This document shows, in pieces, positions 61,544-64,000 of a DNA stretch of 64,000 nt (position 1 is the first letter of the stretch; every line of letters starts with the position of its first letter). The notes beneath the pieces were generated by a model. It saw only the letters and a program-made list of their open reading frames with translations. It was not told the origin of the DNA and ran no database searches. The translations under genes and the position numbers were made by a program. Source of the DNA: Azolla caroliniana (lineage: Eukaryota > Plantae > Polypodiophyta); NCBI GenBank assembly GCA_043228905.1, contig JBHGNT010000018.1:8370001-8434000 (forward strand), given 5' to 3'.

Positions 61544-64000
61544 TCTTGTGGATCTCGTGAAGAGAAAATGACAAAGTACGGAGGAAAATGCTCCAAGGGT
61601 GAATGCAAATACCATTTTAATGAATGACACCGAAGTGGAGGACGAAATTCCGAACTCCCACTACACAAGGCCACATTGGGCACGTGCAACTACAGAGACT
61701 CCGGTCCAAATCGGCAACATCAAAGAGCCCGTGCTAGCATTGATTGATCACGGATCGAAGATCAATTTGATGTCCAAGGAGTTCTACCGGAAGGGGAAGT
61801 GGCCTATAAATACTAACCATGGATGGAAGATACGGGCAGCCACTAAAGCAACGGAAGATCTATTTGCGGCTTGTCTGGATGTGACGGTGAAGATCGGGGA
61901 TGTCGAGATCGACCAAAATTTCTTCGTACAAAATGAGGTCTCACACTCCTTGATCCTTAGGCAACCCTTTATCACGGCTTCACGGATGGAGATGAAGGTG
62001 CTCGATAGTGGTGCGGCTTTTGCACGAATTCAGAGCCAAAACGGAGGGAAATCCGTCCAATTCCTAATGGTACCGGCAAATCATGAAAGGAACAAGAGAG
62101 AGCTCTTGTCCCAAACAAGAATGGATTTTTAGAGTGGACTGTTGCGGAGTGGAGAAGTGATAGTCTGAGAAGCCCTGATACCCCACACAGGAAGAAAACT
62201 CTCGGAGCAAAACAAGTACGAATCGGTCCGGATGGGGCATCCACGTACACGGCCGTAACCGGAGGAATGAAGAAAGAATACCGAAAAGTGGAGGATAAGT
62301 TACGGTCGGCATCAATAATAAAAGAAGACGAAGAAATCGTGGGAATAGTCGAAGAAGTGTTCTATGGAAGCACGCTACAACGGCTTGAAGAGCTCGCGGA
62401 AGATACAAGCCAGCGAAACCGGGTAATTCCGGTGGAATCGGTCGAGATGTACGAGATCATTGAGAAAATGGGGCCGGATGCGCTCTGCAAAGAAGAAGCA
62501 ATGGTAAGTACGAAATACAAGACCGTGGAGAAGAAGGTGAAACCGGCCGCGGGGCCACTACCCACCGATAGCGAACAAAAGAGGAAAGAAGTCTCGGGAG
62601 ATCCGACACTTCAGAAGTCCGTGGATATCGGACATGTCTTCACGAATGAGACCCGTAAGAAACTTCGGATCAACGAAGGAGGTTTCCTCTTACAAAAAGA
62701 AGAAGAACGGTTTCGTGAGATGTTGGAGCAACATGGCAAAGCGTTCGCATTCACATCAAGGGAGATAGGATGCATTGATCCAAAGATAGTGGAGCCGATG
62801 GTGATCTTCACAATTGACCATGTGTCGTGGAACCTGAAGCCGATTCCGGTGCCACGAGCGCATATTCCGAAAGTCATCGATTTGCTCAAGGAGAAGGTGG
62901 CGATGGGGATTCTAGAGCCATCAAATGCTCCATACTCGAATCGATGGTTTATTGTTCCAAAGAAGAATGGATCACTCTGATTTATCCAAGACTTGCAACC
63001 AGTGAACAAGGTCACGATCCGGAACTCGAGGTCGGTCCGATAGTCGACGAATTTGCGGAAGCATTTGCCGGACACGCAATATACTCCATTGGAGACCTAT
63101 ACTATGGATATGACCAATTCCAACTAGTCGTGGAGAGCCGAGACATCACTACCATGCGGACACCGATAGGATTAGTCCGGATGTGTACACTACCACGAGG
63201 CGCGACGAACTCGGTCACACATATGATGAATGCAATGAACAAGTTGCTTCGAGACTGCATTCTGGAGATAACGATGTCGTTCCTAGATGACATTCCAATG
63301 AAAGGATGCGCGGTGGAAGAAAAAGATGAGACTAAGGATGATCGGGGATGCCAAAAGTTCGTAGTCGACCATATTCGTGATTGCGAGAAAGTGCTTCTAA
63401 ATTTAGAAGATGTGCACCTAACACTTTCCGGGGAGAAATCGGCATTCGGGCAAGAAGAAATATTGGTAGTCGGACATCTATGTGGGCCCTACAGCCGAAG
63501 ACCATCACCAACCAAGATCGATGTGATTCAAGCTATGAAAGAAGTATGCGAGTCACAATCCGAAGTCTAAAGGTTTCTTGGAGCATGTGCATTCTATCAC
63601 ATATGGATTCTGCACTATGCACATATTGCAGACCCACTCTATCACTTGTTGCGGAAGGGTAAGAAGTTTGAATGGAAACCGGAGCATACCAAAGCCATGA
63701 AGAAGCTCAAGAAATCACTACGGAGGGCAAAAGCACTAAAGAAGCCGAACTATGACGGACCGATCATAGTAACGGTTGACACAAGTCCAACCGGAATCGG
63801 ATGGGTCATCAATCAAGCCGACTCGGATGGTTCACGATATCCGATCCGATTCAGAGCAAAGGTTCTCAATGAAAGGCAACGCGGGTATGCACAAGTCAAA
63901 AGAGAATTATGGGGAGTCGTGTCAGCAATCAAATCGGATCGAGATTATTTGATCGGAGCCGAAGTAGTGATCGAAACGGATTGTCTTCCGATACTCGGGA
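61544..64000 (+). pseudogene. Gypsy G protease and pol (RT-RNase H), degenerate
   Basis: ORFs 61599-62132, 62267-62980, 62827-63570. Confidence 0.9.

Larger units (their letters stand above)
52683..64000 (+). mobile_element. Ty3/Gypsy G (degenerate, runs off window), interrupted by element H
   Basis: 5' LTR to 53658, PBS-like TGGTTCCCACCCG from 53660; gag CIWCDSSEHDRRDC; protease LIDHGS; RT FLDDIP; RH VDTSP. Confidence 0.9.

Overview
This is eukaryotic, plant-type heterochromatin, almost entirely nested transposable elements. The element mix (Tcn1-like chromovirus, Met-primed Copia/Gypsy, DHGS-protease Gypsy) suggests a moss such as Physcomitrium; that assignment is an inference. I resolve about 9 LTR retrotransposons (most with TSD/PBS), two L1-type LINE fragments and two unclassified TIR DNA-transposon families. 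Main finding: removing a young Copia (33952-39445) and an 8.4-kb TIR element (39459-47844) restores, in frame, a spliced minus-strand pseudogene (49611->32006) encoding a ParB-like N-terminal domain fused to a beta-class N4C/N6A DNA methyltransferase. Its first intron carries four copies of a long palindrome that also builds the 1.2-kb foldback core of the TIR element inserted into it. Other oddities are LTRs bracketed by two opposed tRNA-Arg-like primer sites with no PPT, antisense tRNA-like A/B-box cassettes in Gypsy LTRs, a self-priming chromovirus and a microsatellite-filled TIR element. Coordinates were read by eye and family assignments come from motif recognition, not database searches.
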